Shown: positions 1 through 15,928, numbered from the stretch's first letter. The stretch is DNA of 64,000 bases from Eledone cirrhosa (GCA_964016885.1 OZ024742.1:37634001-37698000); one strand, 5' to 3'. Notes: generated by a model not told the origin, from the sequence alone. Program-made: numbers and translations.

Positions 1-776
1 TTATACCGGAAATGATATATATAATGAATATAATAAAAGTTGACAATTTTTTTATCTTCTATTTATTCTGTAAACAATAATACAATATCAAAACATATAA
101 AAAAAATAATAAGCAGTTTATTAACACAAAAATAAAAAAAATTATATAACCTTAATCTTTACTAGTATGAAAGGTGAACCTGCTTCTTTTTTTACTGTTA
201 AGAATTAATCAGGCTATTTTAAGCGTGAGAAAACAGTTACACTAAGGGAAGAAATAATTTATTTGAGGATACGGGCCGAAGTAAAGGGAGCATGGTTTTG
301 AATGGAGACTAAAGTATCATTCGGCGGCATTACAATATCACAAATATACTACATTTACTTACATAATCTCTACCACAGCCGGTAAGTACCACGCGTCACC
401 ACCGGCCAACTGATAAGTTGTTTACTTACTGCAGTAGGTCGTTTAGTCACCGAAACTGATGCTGCACGGTCCATTTTCTATTATTTGACTTTCTTTCTTT
501 CTTTCTTCATAGAAAACTATGATATATTATCAACTTATATTTTTACTATCAGCTTAATTTACCTATTATTGTCATATAATTTTCACTCCCAGTTTTCATT
601 GCATCAGGACAAATTACTGAAACTAGCAGTCACAGCCTAAAATTTCCTTGAAATTCCTTAGATTTTACCAATTCCTCAAATCATTCCTTAGCATTGCCTC
701 GAAACTGGCCCTGTACCGGTAGCTGATGGCTCGCGTACCGGCACCGGTCAGCGAACCACCACTTTGAGTAGCACTG
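1..776. mobile_element. End of a hAT/Charlie-like non-autonomous DNA transposon (other end outside the window; internal extent uncertain)
   Basis: Terminus ...accactttgagtagcactg (reverse complement CAGTGCTACTCAAAGTG) with GC-rich ACCGG subterminal repeats. Confidence 0.5.
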
Positions 777-835
777 CTGTAGGCAACATCTCTTTTACAT
801 ACTACATTTATGAAGAATGTCATCATTGGGTCAAT

Positions 836-895
<60 letters not shown>

Positions 896-936
896 GATAT
901 ATTAACAAATGGAAACTATATTTATAAAACCATATT

Positions 937-1000
937 TATTTCATTATACATATTTCAAGGACACCCAGTTAAATTATGGTGTGTTTCATCAGATAAAATA
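937..1000 (-). ncRNA. Type I hammerhead ribozyme (left arm of palindrome)
   Basis: tattttat-CTGATGA-aacacacca..gggtgtcctt-GAAA-tatgta-TA-atgaaata. Stem II is slightly degraded relative to the + copy. Confidence 0.65.
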
Positions 1001-1173
1001 TAATATAGCGCAGTTTTATAAATAAATAAATATTGACATACCTTTAAAGAATGCGACCATTTCTGTTGGAAGCTCCCGGATAGTGGGGTTATATCCGGGA
1101 GCTTCCAACAGAAATGGTCGCATTCTTTAAGGGTATGTCAATATTTATTTATTTATAAAACTGCTCTATATTA

Positions 1174-1238
1174 TATTTTATCTGATGAAAGCACACCATA
1201 ATTTAACTTGGTGTCCTTGAAATATGTATAATGAAATA
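1174..1238 (+). ncRNA. Type I hammerhead ribozyme
   Basis: Stem I tattttat/atgaaata. CTGATGA at 1182-1188. Stem II aagcacacca/tggtgtcctt. GAAA at 1219-1222. Minimal stem III. Cleavage triplet AUA. Confidence 0.75.
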
Positions 1239-1384
1239 AATATGGTTTTATAAATATAGTTTCCATTTGTTAATATATCGTAGTTTTACTCCAATAGTTT
1301 GTTGAGTGCTTTATATCAGTTATAAAAATATTTGCTTGTTGTATCCCAACAATTTAAATAGAACTTCTACATATATATATATAT

Positions 1385-1499
1385 ATAGGAACGAGTTGGA
1401 CCCCGACGGCTGAGCTCAACCGTTTCGACGGCTAATTCTGGACTGAATTAGCCGTCGAAACGGCTTGAGCTCAGCTGTCGGGGTCCTACTCGTTCCTAT
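1385..1499. repeat. ~54-bp-arm palindrome containing 3' halves of a hammerhead
   Basis: 1385-1438 vs 1445-1499, loop tggact. Confidence 0.88.
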
Positions 1500-1881
1500 T
1501 ACCCACTCTACTACCCTAAGTATTGAGTACTTTGGTGCGTTATGGTTCATCTGGTGCCTTACCACATTTCCTTTGTTATATATATATAAGAAAGTAAGTC
1601 CATAGAATCATTTGATAAAATATATACAGTATTTCTCCTCCCAATCAGCATAATTAACCACACAAAAAATCAATTAAATGAGGCTATAAGTTTAAAATGT
1701 ACCTATGAAGAAACAGTAGATAAATAAATGATACCTATTTTATCCGCGATCAACAGCCACAGAAGATTTACCTAGTATTTCCAATAGCCCGTAGAAATTG
1801 ATTAGACACATAGCCAACCATACACAATTAGGTACGAAATCAAAGTTAGAAGAAAAAATGTACATAAACATACCAAAATTA

Positions 1882-1966
1882 TGTTTCTACCCCATGGTGT
1901 TTCATTCGCTTTTTGGAAATATCCAATCATGGATAAATTCACGAGTTTCGAAATCATCAGGAAACA
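1882..1966 (-). ncRNA. Type I hammerhead ribozyme
   Basis: tgtttc-CTGATGA-t ttcg..(tatcca/tggata)..cgaa t-GAAA-caccatgggg-TA-gaaaca. Cleavage triplet GUA. Confidence 0.72.
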
Positions 1967-2424
1967 AACTCAATTGGACAAAGATTTTTCTTAAATGATC
2001 CCTGCCAGAAACGAATTCAAAATGGCTAAGAATTGTCACATGACCAGTGGTCAAGTCAGAAAGCTTGTAATTGGTGCCTGACGGCGAGTAGGCTGGTTGC
2101 TAAAAAGCGCAGCCGAATTGTTACTCAACCATATGGGAGTATATAAAATATATTCATAAACTAGACAGAGCCATAGATATATATATGTGTTTTTGGCAAC
2201 CATTCACAGTGTGGCTCAATGACGAATTAAATAATCAACAATTAGAGCGATATATAAGATGTCTAGTTTATGTATATGTAAACCTATATATATATATATA
2301 ACCTTGATCACCTTGACCGACCAGTCTGTCGGGCGTCCATTTGGCACCGCTGGTCACAGCACGTCGTGCTGTTTTAGCCATAAGATAACGCCGTCCCACT
2401 GGCTGGGCGAGCAGGCCGATATAT

Positions 2425-3559
2425 CATCATCATCATCATCATCATCATCAACGTTTAACGTCCGTGTTCCACGCTTGCATGGGTTTGGACGGGGGTAGTC
2501 CCACTTGAGGCAAGAGTGATTGTCTTGCTCGCATAGGACTGTCTGGCAGGTTTTCTACAGTTGGATGCCCTTCCTAACACCAACCACATTTACAGTGTGG
2601 GTCTGGGAGGTTTTTACCGTGTTGCCTACACGGCCACATTACAGCGTGGACTGTGTGTTTTTTGTCGTGACACCTACACGATCTCATTTGTTTCGGCCTC
2701 GATGGCGCGGCACCAACATAACTTTACATAGAACGGGGTGGTGTGGATCGGGTGGGGGTGGTGGTGGTGGGACGGGGTGTATTTTGTTAGAGATGCCTAC
2801 TGGCTGGAGTAGGTTTTACTATATATTTAGGTAAGGCGGGTCTTCTCTGTTACTGAGTACCGCCAAAGGTCTCGGTCCAGTGACATTGTCTTGGAGAGGT
2901 GTAAGTGTGTGATGTCGGAGTTTATCAGCTCGTCCCAGGTTTTTCTAGGTCTGCCTATTCCGTGACTACCGTCTATCTTTATTGCCCTGCACTTTGTTAT
3001 ACAGCTATCGACTTTCATGCGCATCACGTGTCCATACCAACGTAGCCTTCTCTCGAGTAAACAACATCTGATCCCTCTTATCTCTAATTTTTTCCTTAGT
3101 TCGTTTATGCTTTGCCGTTCACGTATATTACTGTTACACATCCAGCGGAGCATGCAAGCTTCGTTCCTCTCTAGTCTGCGTATATCCTCTGCACACAATG
3201 CCCAGGTCTCACTGCCATGCAGCATTGCTGTTCGTATGCAGGCATCGTACAACCTGCCTTTCATTTTTAGTGAGAACCCTTTAGCAGCTAATAGTGGTAT
3301 AAGCTCTCTGAACTTTTTCCAACCAGTTCTGACTCTAGCTACAGTACTTTCAGAGCACCCTCCCCCACTGCTGATTTTATCGCCCAGGTAACGGAAGCTG
3401 TCCACTATTTCTATAGAACCCTCTGCGCAATTGAAAGAGCTAGTATTTTGTGGGCACTTGCTGCTACTTATTGCACCAGAGCACCGGCCACATGTAAAAT
3501 CTATGTTCTTAGTTAGCTTACCTGTGATCCCACTACATCTTTTATGCACCCATACTTTG

Positions 3560-3563
<4 letters not shown>
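2425..3563 (-). mobile_element. RTE-type LINE 3' fragment
   Basis: RT C-terminus ([30 protein letters not shown]), family 3' UTR and (GAT)n tail. 5'-truncated at (TA)n. Confidence 0.9.
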
Positions 3564-3610
<47 letters not shown>

Positions 3611-3635
3611 TGTAATAAACAACATAAGGCAATTA

Positions 3636-3695
3636 TTCCATTTACCAGTGGTTTCTTAAAAGCAAAAAATTTTGCTTTCAATCATCAGAATGAAA
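3636..3695 (-). ncRNA. Type I hammerhead ribozyme
   Basis: tttcatt-CTGATGA-ttgaaagcaaa/tttgcttttaa-GAAA-ccactgg-TA-aatggaa. All three stems pair. Cleavage triplet GUA. Confidence 0.85.
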
Positions 3696-3847
3696 AAATC
3701 CTGGTCTATTTATTAATATTGGATTCTAAAAACAAAAATGCAATCTATATGAAAGTGAGGCTGGAGAAGGAAGAAGGAAAGGAAAAATAAAATAAAAAAT
3801 AAAAACACACATGCAAACACACACACACACATAATTATATACATACA

Positions 3848-3905
<58 letters not shown>

Positions 3906-4865
3906 CACTCATACATACACACACACATATACACATATATATGTGTGTATATATATACACACATATACACATACATATACACATACATACATACACACAT
4001 AAGTATCAACATATCCATACATACACATACATATATACAACCACACACACATATACACACATATATATATAGAAATATAAATATATATATATATATGCGT
4101 ACACATACACATACATAGCCATACATACATATACATACATACATACACACAATCATACCTATATACACACGTACATACATACACATATATATGTATACAT
4201 ATGCATGCACAAAATTAGAAAAATATACACACACCTCTACATATTCACACGCAAATAAATATAAGAAAAAATATATATAAAATAATAAACGAAAATAAAG
4301 ACTGTTATAAGTTGACACCGATACAGGCAACAAATAAATGAACAAACACACGTGGTAAGCAATACACACAAATGCACGTACACATACATACGTAAAAATA
4401 AATACATACACCCACTCTCACACATAAATATACATATACAAATACATAAACACATACATACGCATACACAAATACATACACAAACACACACACATTTTTT
4501 CTTATATTTATTTGCGTGTGTGAATATGTAGAGGTGTGTGTATATTTTTCTAATTTTGTGCATGCATATGTATACATTTATATATGTGTATGTATGTACG
4601 TGTGTATATAGGTATGATTGTGTGTATGTATGTATGTATATGTATGTGTGTATGGCTATGTATGTGTATGTGTACGCATATATATATATATATTTCTATT
4701 TCTATATATATATGTGTGTATATATGTGTGTGTGGTTGTATATATGTATGTGTATGTATGAATATGTTGATACTTATGTGTGTATGTATGTATGTGTATA
4801 TGTATGTGTATGTGTGTGTATATATATACACACATATATGTGTATATGTGTGTGTGTATGTATGA

Positions 4866-4900
<35 letters not shown>

Positions 4901-5045
4901 TGTATGTATATAATTATGTGTGTGTTTGCATGTGTGTTTTTATTTTTTTATTTTATTTTTCCTTTCCTTCTTCCTTCTCCAGCCTCACTTTCATATATTG
5001 CATTTTTGTTTTTAGAATCCAATATTAATAAATAGACCAGGATTT

Positions 5046-5105
5046 TTTCATTTTGATGATTGAAAGCAAAATTTTTTGCTTTTAAGAAACCACTGGTAAA
5101 TGGAA
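5046..5105 (+). ncRNA. Hammerhead ribozyme copy with a C3>U core change
   Basis: Inverted copy of 3636-3695, but the core reads TTGATGA (5053-5059). Confidence 0.7.
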
Positions 5106-5239
5106 TAATTGCCTTATGTTGTTTATTACATAACTATTAAGCTCTGTTACCTACATAGAGCACTCTTTTTTCCTGGACTTTTCCGATGGAATTACTTCAT
5201 TCACACACATATATATATATATAAGTTTTAATATAGATG

Positions 5240-5290
5240 AGATTCTACAGAACTAGAACTGTTTCGTTCTTTAGAAATCATCAGGAATCT
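5240..5290 (-). ncRNA. Type I hammerhead ribozyme
   Basis: agattc-CTGATGA-tttc taaa gaac-GAAA-cag ttctagtt ctg-TA-gaatct. Cleavage triplet GUA. Confidence 0.8.
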
Positions 5291-5749
5291 GCCTTTCCAA
5301 AATAAATGTTGTGGTATTTATATCTTTTCAGGTGGTAGGAGAGGGTGGGGAGTGGGATGGGTGGAGGTCATTGGTTGAAAGAAAAGGGAATTCATTAAAA
5401 GCTAATTCTTTAAGGCAATAATTTATATTTAGAGTGACAAAGGCAGAAAGAATTCTATAAACAAGTTCAAATTGGGGTGCCACTCCTTATTTTTAAGTTT
5501 CTCTTAAGCTAACAATGCCTATATTTCAGGTGTCTATAAGATGGTTGGAGGTCGGTCATGGTTGATGGATTTAAAGAAAAGGGAAATTCTTTAAAAGCTA
5601 ATTCTTTAAAGCTCTAACTAGAGTGACAAAGGCCAAGAGAATTCTATAAACCAGTTCAAATATTGGGTGCCTATCATACCATTATTGTCATGTTTCTCTT
5701 AAGCTATATTCCAGGTGTCAACAGACACATTCACATACACACACACACA

Positions 5750-5867
<118 letters not shown>

Positions 5868-6019
5868 CATATATATACACACACATATATATATACATAT
5901 ACATATAAATATACACATATACAAACATATACAAACACATCTACAGAAATACACATATATACACATACACAAATATATATATATACAATATGGTGGTGTC
6001 ATACCCAAAGACTGGCGCA

Positions 6020-7505
6020 GCAGTATTCTCATAAATTGCTACAAAGGTAAAGGGGATGCTTTGGAGAGGAGCAATTATAGGGGTATAAAACTGATAGATC
6101 AGGTTATGAAAGTGGCAGAAAGGATTTTAGCACAACTAATTAGAGAAAGGGTCAAACTAGATGAGATGTAGTTTGGTTTTGTGCCTGGGAAGAGTACAAC
6201 AGATGCCCTCTTCTTGGTGAGACAAATGCAAGAGAGGTTCTTAGAGAAGAATAAGCCACTATACTAGAGAAGCCTTTGATAGGGTACCCCGATCTGTCAT
6301 CTGGTGGTCCCTAAGGAAGCTAGGTGTTGAGGAATGGCTTGTGAGGACAGTGCAAACTTTGTACAGAGGTACTCTCAGTAAAGTCAGGGTAGGAATGGAG
6401 TTTAGTGAGGAATTCCAGGTACAAGTAGGAGTACATCAGGGTTCGGTCCTCAGCCCGCTCTTGTTCATTATAGTCCTCCAAGCCATAACAGAGGAGTTTA
6501 AGACTGGCTGTCCATGGGAACTTCTCTATGCTGAAGATCTGGTTCTTATAGCAGAATCAGTAGAGGAGCTAGAGAATAAATTCTGGCTATGGAAACAGCA
6601 GTTGGAAGCAAGAGGATAGAGAGTGAATCTAGCTAAGACAAAAGTGTTGATGAGTAGAAAAGAGGACAAAACCCTGATTCCGTCAGGGAAATGGCCATGT
6701 TCGATATGCAGAAAAGGAACTGGCATAAATTCTATAAAATGCACACAATGCAGATCCTGGGTACACAAGAGATGTAGCGGGATAGCAGGCAAACTAACAG
6801 GTAGGGAGAAATATGTATGCAGTAGATGTACAGGGAAATTAGACAGTAGAAGTCGCACTGATAGACACATTTTTCAAATGCGAGAGGGCGCTATAGAAGT
6901 GGTGGATAGCTTCCTGTACCTAGGAGATCAGATTAGCATGGGAGGAGGGTGTTCCGAGGCCATAGTATCTAGAATAAGGACGGGTTGGAAGAAGTTTAGG
7001 GAGCTGCTTCCTCTGTTGACGAAGAAGGGTTTCTCCTTGCGTACGAAAGGCCGGTTGTATGATGCCTGTGTGAGGAGCGCGATGCTGCATGGTAGTGAGA
7101 CATGGGCAGCAACCACAGAGGATATGCGACGGCTGGAGAGAAATGAGGCATGCATGTTCCGTTGGATGTGCAGTGTAAATGTGCGTGAACGACCCAGCAT
7201 AAATGTGTTGAGAGAGAAACTGTGTCTGAGAGGGATAGAATGTAGTGTACGGGAGAGGAGACTGAGGTGATATGGACATGTGATGCGCATGGAGGATGAC
7301 CGATGGGTGAAGAAGTGCCAGGAAATGCCAGTTGAAGGAAGACGTGGTAGAGGTAGACCACGAAAAACATGGGCGGAGGTGATGAGAACAGACCTCAGAT
7401 CATTGAAGCTCACGGTGGCGATGACGAGGGACCGTGACGAGTGGAGAGATGCTGTGCTGAATAAGACCCGTCCCACCCTTGCAAGCAGGGAAAAGCGGAC
7501 GTAAA

Positions 7506-7537
<32 letters not shown>
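6020..7537 (+). mobile_element. RTE-type LINE RT region with stops and a frameshift
   Basis: [35 protein letters not shown]. Ends in (GAT)n. Confidence 0.92.
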
Positions 7538-7569
<32 letters not shown>

Positions 7570-7571
7570 AC

Positions 7572-7987
<416 letters not shown>

Positions 7988-8144
7988 ATATATACATATA
8001 CATACATACATATATACATATATACACACACATATATATATATATATACATACACATATATATATATATATATATACATACACATATATATATATATATA
8101 TGTGTATATATATATATGTGTATATATATATATATATATATGTG

Positions 8145-8183
<39 letters not shown>

Positions 8184-8210
8184 GTGTATATATATGTATA
8201 TATGTGTATG

Positions 8211-8241
<31 letters not shown>

Positions 8242-8254
8242 GTGTATATATATA

Positions 8255-8323
<69 letters not shown>

Positions 8324-8436
8324 GTATATGTGTATATATATGTGTATATATATGTGTATATATATGTGTATATATATGTGTATATATATATATATATATA
8401 TGTGTGTATATATATATATATATGTATATGTGTATG

Positions 8437-8471
<35 letters not shown>

Positions 8472-8586
8472 GTGTATATATATATATATATGTGTATATA
8501 TATATATATGTGTGTATATATATATATATATGTGTATATATATGTATATATATATGTGTATACATATATATATATGTGTATATATA

Positions 8587-8638
<52 letters not shown>

Positions 8639-8665
8639 TATATATACACATATATATATATACAC

Positions 8666-8742
<77 letters not shown>

Positions 8743-8775
8743 GTTATTCCGGGTTGAATCGGAGGTAACCACATG

Positions 8776-8817
<42 letters not shown>

Positions 8818-8870
8818 CACACATATATATATATATATACATACACATATATACATACACATATACACAT
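7988..8870. repeat. Long compound (TA)n/(TG)n microsatellite; one of many such tracts across 0.8-21 kb
   Basis: Direct reading. Confidence 0.97.
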
Positions 8871-8872
8871 AC

Positions 8873-9612
8873 AGTGAAGGAGGCAGAGGGTTTGATGCGG
8901 GAGGTTGAGACTGTCAATGAGTGTGGGGCTGAGAATGAATGAGACTAAAACAAAATATCCGGTGGAGAATGTTGAGAAGCCAGAGGGGATCACTAATGTA
9001 GGCGGGAAGCTGCTGGAATTGGTTGAGGACTTCCTGTATTTGGGAGCAAAGATTGGGAATACGGAAGATGATGTGGTTGAGAGGAAGAGCAAGGCCTGGG
9101 CGGCGTGTCACAGCTTGAGATCGGTGTGGAAGTCGGACCTTCGTAGAGACCTGAAAATCCGCCTCTTCATTGCTGTAGTGGAGTCTGTGCTGCTGTATGG
9201 GTCTGAGACTTGGACACTGACCAAGAGACTCACTCAGATGGTGGATGGGTGCTACACGAGAATGCTGAGGATGGCTCTGAACATTAATCAGTATACACTG
9301 AGGATGAAAAACTCAGAGCTGTATGGGAGCATCCCAAAAGTCAGCTCAAAAGTGACACAGAGGAGACTGAGGTTGGCTGGACATGCTCACCGACATCCAG
9401 AGTTGACATTGCACTCAGTGCTCCTTTGGGAGCCCCTACATGGACACACTAGAAGAGGAAGACCAAGGTTAACATATGTTGATGCCCTAAGGACAGACAC
9501 TGGTCTGTTAGAGATGCAGGATATGGCAGCGATAATGAGGGACAGAGACCGCTGGAGAGAAGTCGTCCATGGATCTCGGGAATTTTACCCGCCTTAGATA
9601 GATAGATAGATA
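8873..9612 (+). mobile_element. Non-LTR retrotransposon RT C-terminal fragment (RTE group, possibly Proto2-like)
   Basis: DFLYLGA, VLLYGSETW, RRLRLAGH, LLWEPLHG..RGRP. (GATA)n tail immediately after the stop. Confidence 0.85.
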
Positions 9613-9699
9613 CACATATATACATATACACACACATACATATATATATATATATGTACATATACATATATATACACATATATATACATATACATATAT

Positions 9700-9746
<47 letters not shown>

Positions 9747-9804
9747 ATATATATATATATATACATATATACACACATATACACATATATATACATATAC
9801 ATGC

Positions 9805-9893
<89 letters not shown>

Positions 9894-10019
9894 CATATAC
9901 ACACACACATATATATATATACATACACACATACATACACATATATATACATATATACGCATATATATATGTACACATGTATGTATATTTGTATGTGTGT
10001 GTGTGTATGTATATATATG

Positions 10020-11975
<1,956 letters not shown>

Positions 11976-11985
11976 ACACACACAT

Positions 11986-12047
<62 letters not shown>

Positions 12048-12048
12048 G

Positions 12049-12124
<76 letters not shown>

Positions 12125-12356
12125 GTAGGAGGTGAGTTTTATTGTAGTACAATAAAGCAATGCAGATATCGGATAAGAAGCACTCTACAGTTTGTGGGAC
12201 TGGAGTATGCATAATATAAGATCAAAAGATGGTTAAAGGAGTTCCATATATTTTATTATGCGCATTTCAAAAACAAACATCATCAATAATATTTGTGTTT
12301 TCATCAGATAAAACAGGAGAACATGATATGAAGGCTAAAAAACACTTGTTGATAGT

Positions 12357-12694
12357 GGCACATGGCTTAGTGGCTAGAGCATTGGCCTTGCAATCGAAAG
12401 GTTGTGAGTTCAATTCTCAGACCGGGTGATGTGTTGTTTCCTTGAGCAAGACACTTTATTTCACATTGTTCCAGTTTACTCAGCTGTAGAAATGAGATGA
12501 TAGGGACTGGGGTCCATATCATTCCACTGTAAAGTGGTCGTGGAGGTGCCACGGCAGAAAAGCACCCAGCACTCACTGTAAATGAGGTTGGTGTTAGGAA
12601 GGGCATCCAGCTGTAGAAATCAAGCCAGAATCAGTTCCACCCTTGCAAGAAGGGAAAAAGCGGACGTAAAATGAAATGATGATGATGATGATGA
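12357..12694 (+). mobile_element. tRNA-derived SINE with RTE tail
   Basis: Same family as 7731, 12828 and 50707. Confidence 0.85.
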
Positions 12695-12827
12695 TACACA
12701 TACATACATACACAAATATATACGTATATATATCTATATATATATACATATATACATATACACACATATATACATATATATATATATATATATACACATA
12801 TATATATATACATATATATGTATATAT

Positions 12828-13153
12828 ATCATCATCATCATTCCCTTTTACGTCCGCTTTTTCCCTGCTTGCAAGAACTGATTCTGGCTTGATTTCTACA
12901 GCTGGATGCCCTTCCTAACACCAACCTCATTTACAGTGAGTGCTGGGTGCTTTTCTGCCGTGGCACCTCCACGACCACTTTGCAGTGGAATGATATGGAC
13001 CCCAGTCCTTATCTCATTTCTACAGCTGAGTAAACTGGAGCAATGTGAAATAAAGTGTCTTGCTCAAGGAAACAACACATCACCCGGTCTGAGAATTGAA
13101 CTCACAACCTTTCGATTGCAAGGCCAATGCTCTAACCACTAAGCCATGTGCCT

Positions 13154-13156
<3 letters not shown>
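12828..13156 (-). mobile_element. tRNA-derived SINE with RTE tail
   Basis: Near-identical reverse complement of 12357-12694. Confidence 0.85.
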
Positions 13157-13216
<60 letters not shown>

Positions 13217-13270
13217 TAAAAAAATAATGAATAAAACAATGAAACAGTTCCTTATATTAAACAAAAAAAG

Positions 13271-13424
13271 TTCATTATTTAACGATCGTTTCTAGGATAT
13301 ATATGTGTTAGAATTGGCATGCATATTCAACAGATCTATGTACAAAATTATACAAAATTATACAAACTATCAAAATTAAATATACATACCAACACATATA
13401 TATGCCGTCTTCAGAAATAATGAA
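13271..13424 (-). ncRNA. Hammerhead ribozyme with long stem II (PLE 3' pLTR)
   Basis: Reverse complement of 20324-20477. Confidence 0.75.
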
Positions 13425-14096
13425 ATATATTTATTGATAATAACAACAATTCAAAATTACAGGTCTGTTTGGGAACAGAGTTCAAATTGACCAATGAAAA
13501 CACAAAAAGTTTATACAGTTAGGTGTGTGTATATATGTAAGTAACTTCGTTCACAGATATGCATAAAAATATATGTTCACATGCATACGCATGCCGAAAA
13601 GATGTATGTAAATACAAAAATTCAAGGCTAATGTCTCTGTATGTTTATAATCTACAGATAAAATACGTATACTCATATAAACATATAAATATAAAAATAA
13701 AAAAATAAATATATACACACATTCATATACTCACACATATACGTACATTCACACACACACGCGCGTATACGCATAAACATACACACAACCACGAACATAC
13801 ATACACACACACACCCCCACACACATATATGTGTATATACTATTATCATAAGCATATGGACATTAATGCGCGCACATAAACACTGCCACACATATTTAGA
13901 TCCAGATACAGAAAGTAGGTGGGGGGGGGGGGAGAAGAGGTCAGTATTTAGCGGTGTCAGCAAACTGCCTATTTATAAATGTATCTATAAATTTAGAAAT
14001 AAAAAGAAAAAGAAAAAAGAAATATATTAAGAAAATATATATATATATATATATATATAAACAAGTAAAATATAAAATATACATCGATATACATAC

Positions 14097-14135
<39 letters not shown>

Positions 14136-14346
14136 TATACATACATATACATACACATATACATAAACACATACATACACATACATATACATACACACAC
14201 CATATAAATACACATACACATACACACACGCATACATATAGAGACACATACATATACACATATAAATACATAGACATATACACATATACACACATATATA
14301 TATAAAAACATACACACATACACATATATATATATATACATTCACA

Positions 14347-14398
<52 letters not shown>

Positions 14399-14480
14399 CT
14401 ACACACATATATAAACACACTCATGTATATACACACATACACATACATACCCACACATATATATATATATATATACATAT

Positions 14481-14548
<68 letters not shown>

Positions 14549-14797
14549 GAGAGGTATAGAGATTGTTTTAGCAAGAAGCTAACGGCATTCTATAACATAT
14601 ATGCGACTATAACGTCAAGATGGGAAAAGTAGTTAACGAAAGATTTAGGAAAAATAACTCAAACTCATCTCAAAAGAGAATCAGGATATAAATTCATCCA
14701 CAGAATTTAGTAAAATCCAGGGAAAATCTATAGACCTTTAACTCATGATAAAATAAAGTTTGAAACACTTATCCTTCAATTTGGAATAACATCAAAT

Positions 14798-14879
14798 GCT
14801 CTGTATAGTCTTAAAAGACTATTTCATGAAAACTTTCAGTGGAGATCGTCACGGTTGGAATTTCAATCATCAGCAGAGC
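14798..14879 (-). ncRNA. Type I hammerhead ribozyme
   Basis: gctctg-CTGATGA-t tgaaa..tttca t-GAAA-tagtct ttta agacta-TA-cagagc. Cleavage triplet AUA. Confidence 0.8.
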
Positions 14880-15230
14880 TCAACAGAAAACAAGGGCTCT
14901 CACAGTAATATAATCCGAAAAAGGGAATTCTAAAACTGGCTAGTTCGCCTTCATGTGTATTTATGAAAAAGCACATGAGGAAAAAACGGGGCTAGTGACG
15001 TCAGGATGGAAGCGAATGTTTATTTACAAGAAATAGCAGTCAAATACATTCTGAAAAAAAACTCTACAAAGGAGTTCAGCAAAATAGCAATAATTATCAC
15101 AGTTTTTATGAAAAAAACGGGATTAGTCACAAATAGTTTAAGCACTCTAGGAAAAGAATCCGAGTATATACATACACACATATACACATACACATATACA
15201 AAGATATATATACATACACACACACATATA

Positions 15231-15279
<49 letters not shown>

Positions 15280-15702
15280 TATATACATACATACACACAC
15301 ATACATACTCATACATAGACATACATATATACTCACATACATACACACATACATATACGCATATATACACATACATACACATCCATGTATGCGTATATAC
15401 ATACAAACACCACCACACGCTCACACAACTCAGACATACATAAATAAAGGGATATACATACACATATATACATATATAAATAGAGATACATATACACATA
15501 TAAATATATACACACGTACACACACACACACACATACATACACATACATATACACACGCTCACACAACTCAGACATACATAAATAAAGGGATATACATAC
15601 ACATATATACAGATATAAATAGAGATACATATACACATATAAATATATACACACGTACACACACACACATACATACACATACATACACACATACATATAT
15701 AT

Positions 15703-15769
<67 letters not shown>

Positions 15770-15885
15770 TATACATATATATACATATATATAAAAAAAT
15801 AAATAAATAAAATAAATAAATAAATAAATTAATTAATACACACAGTCAGACAAATATGCACACACATACATATACATATATATAT

Positions 15886-15928
<43 letters not shown>

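Larger units (their letters stand above)
893..1282. repeat. ~190-bp-arm palindrome (head-to-head PLE pLTR fragments)
   Basis: 893-1082 vs 1092-1282 are near-perfect reverse complements with a 9-nt loop. Confidence 0.92.
3604..5137. repeat. ~650-bp-arm inverted repeat of an HHR-bearing, microsatellite-rich PLE-type end
   Basis: 3604-~4272 vs ~4494-5137 are reverse complementary. Confidence 0.88.

Noticed and set aside
2827-3681. 284-aa ORF as a complete protein
   Set aside because: It is a chimeric read-through from an HHR element across (TA)n into a truncated RTE RT.
12357-12430. tRNA-like sequence (also ~7731, 13085-13156, ~49968, ~50707, ~62465)
   Set aside because: These are SINE heads continuing into SINE body and LINE tail, with no convincing cloverleaf.
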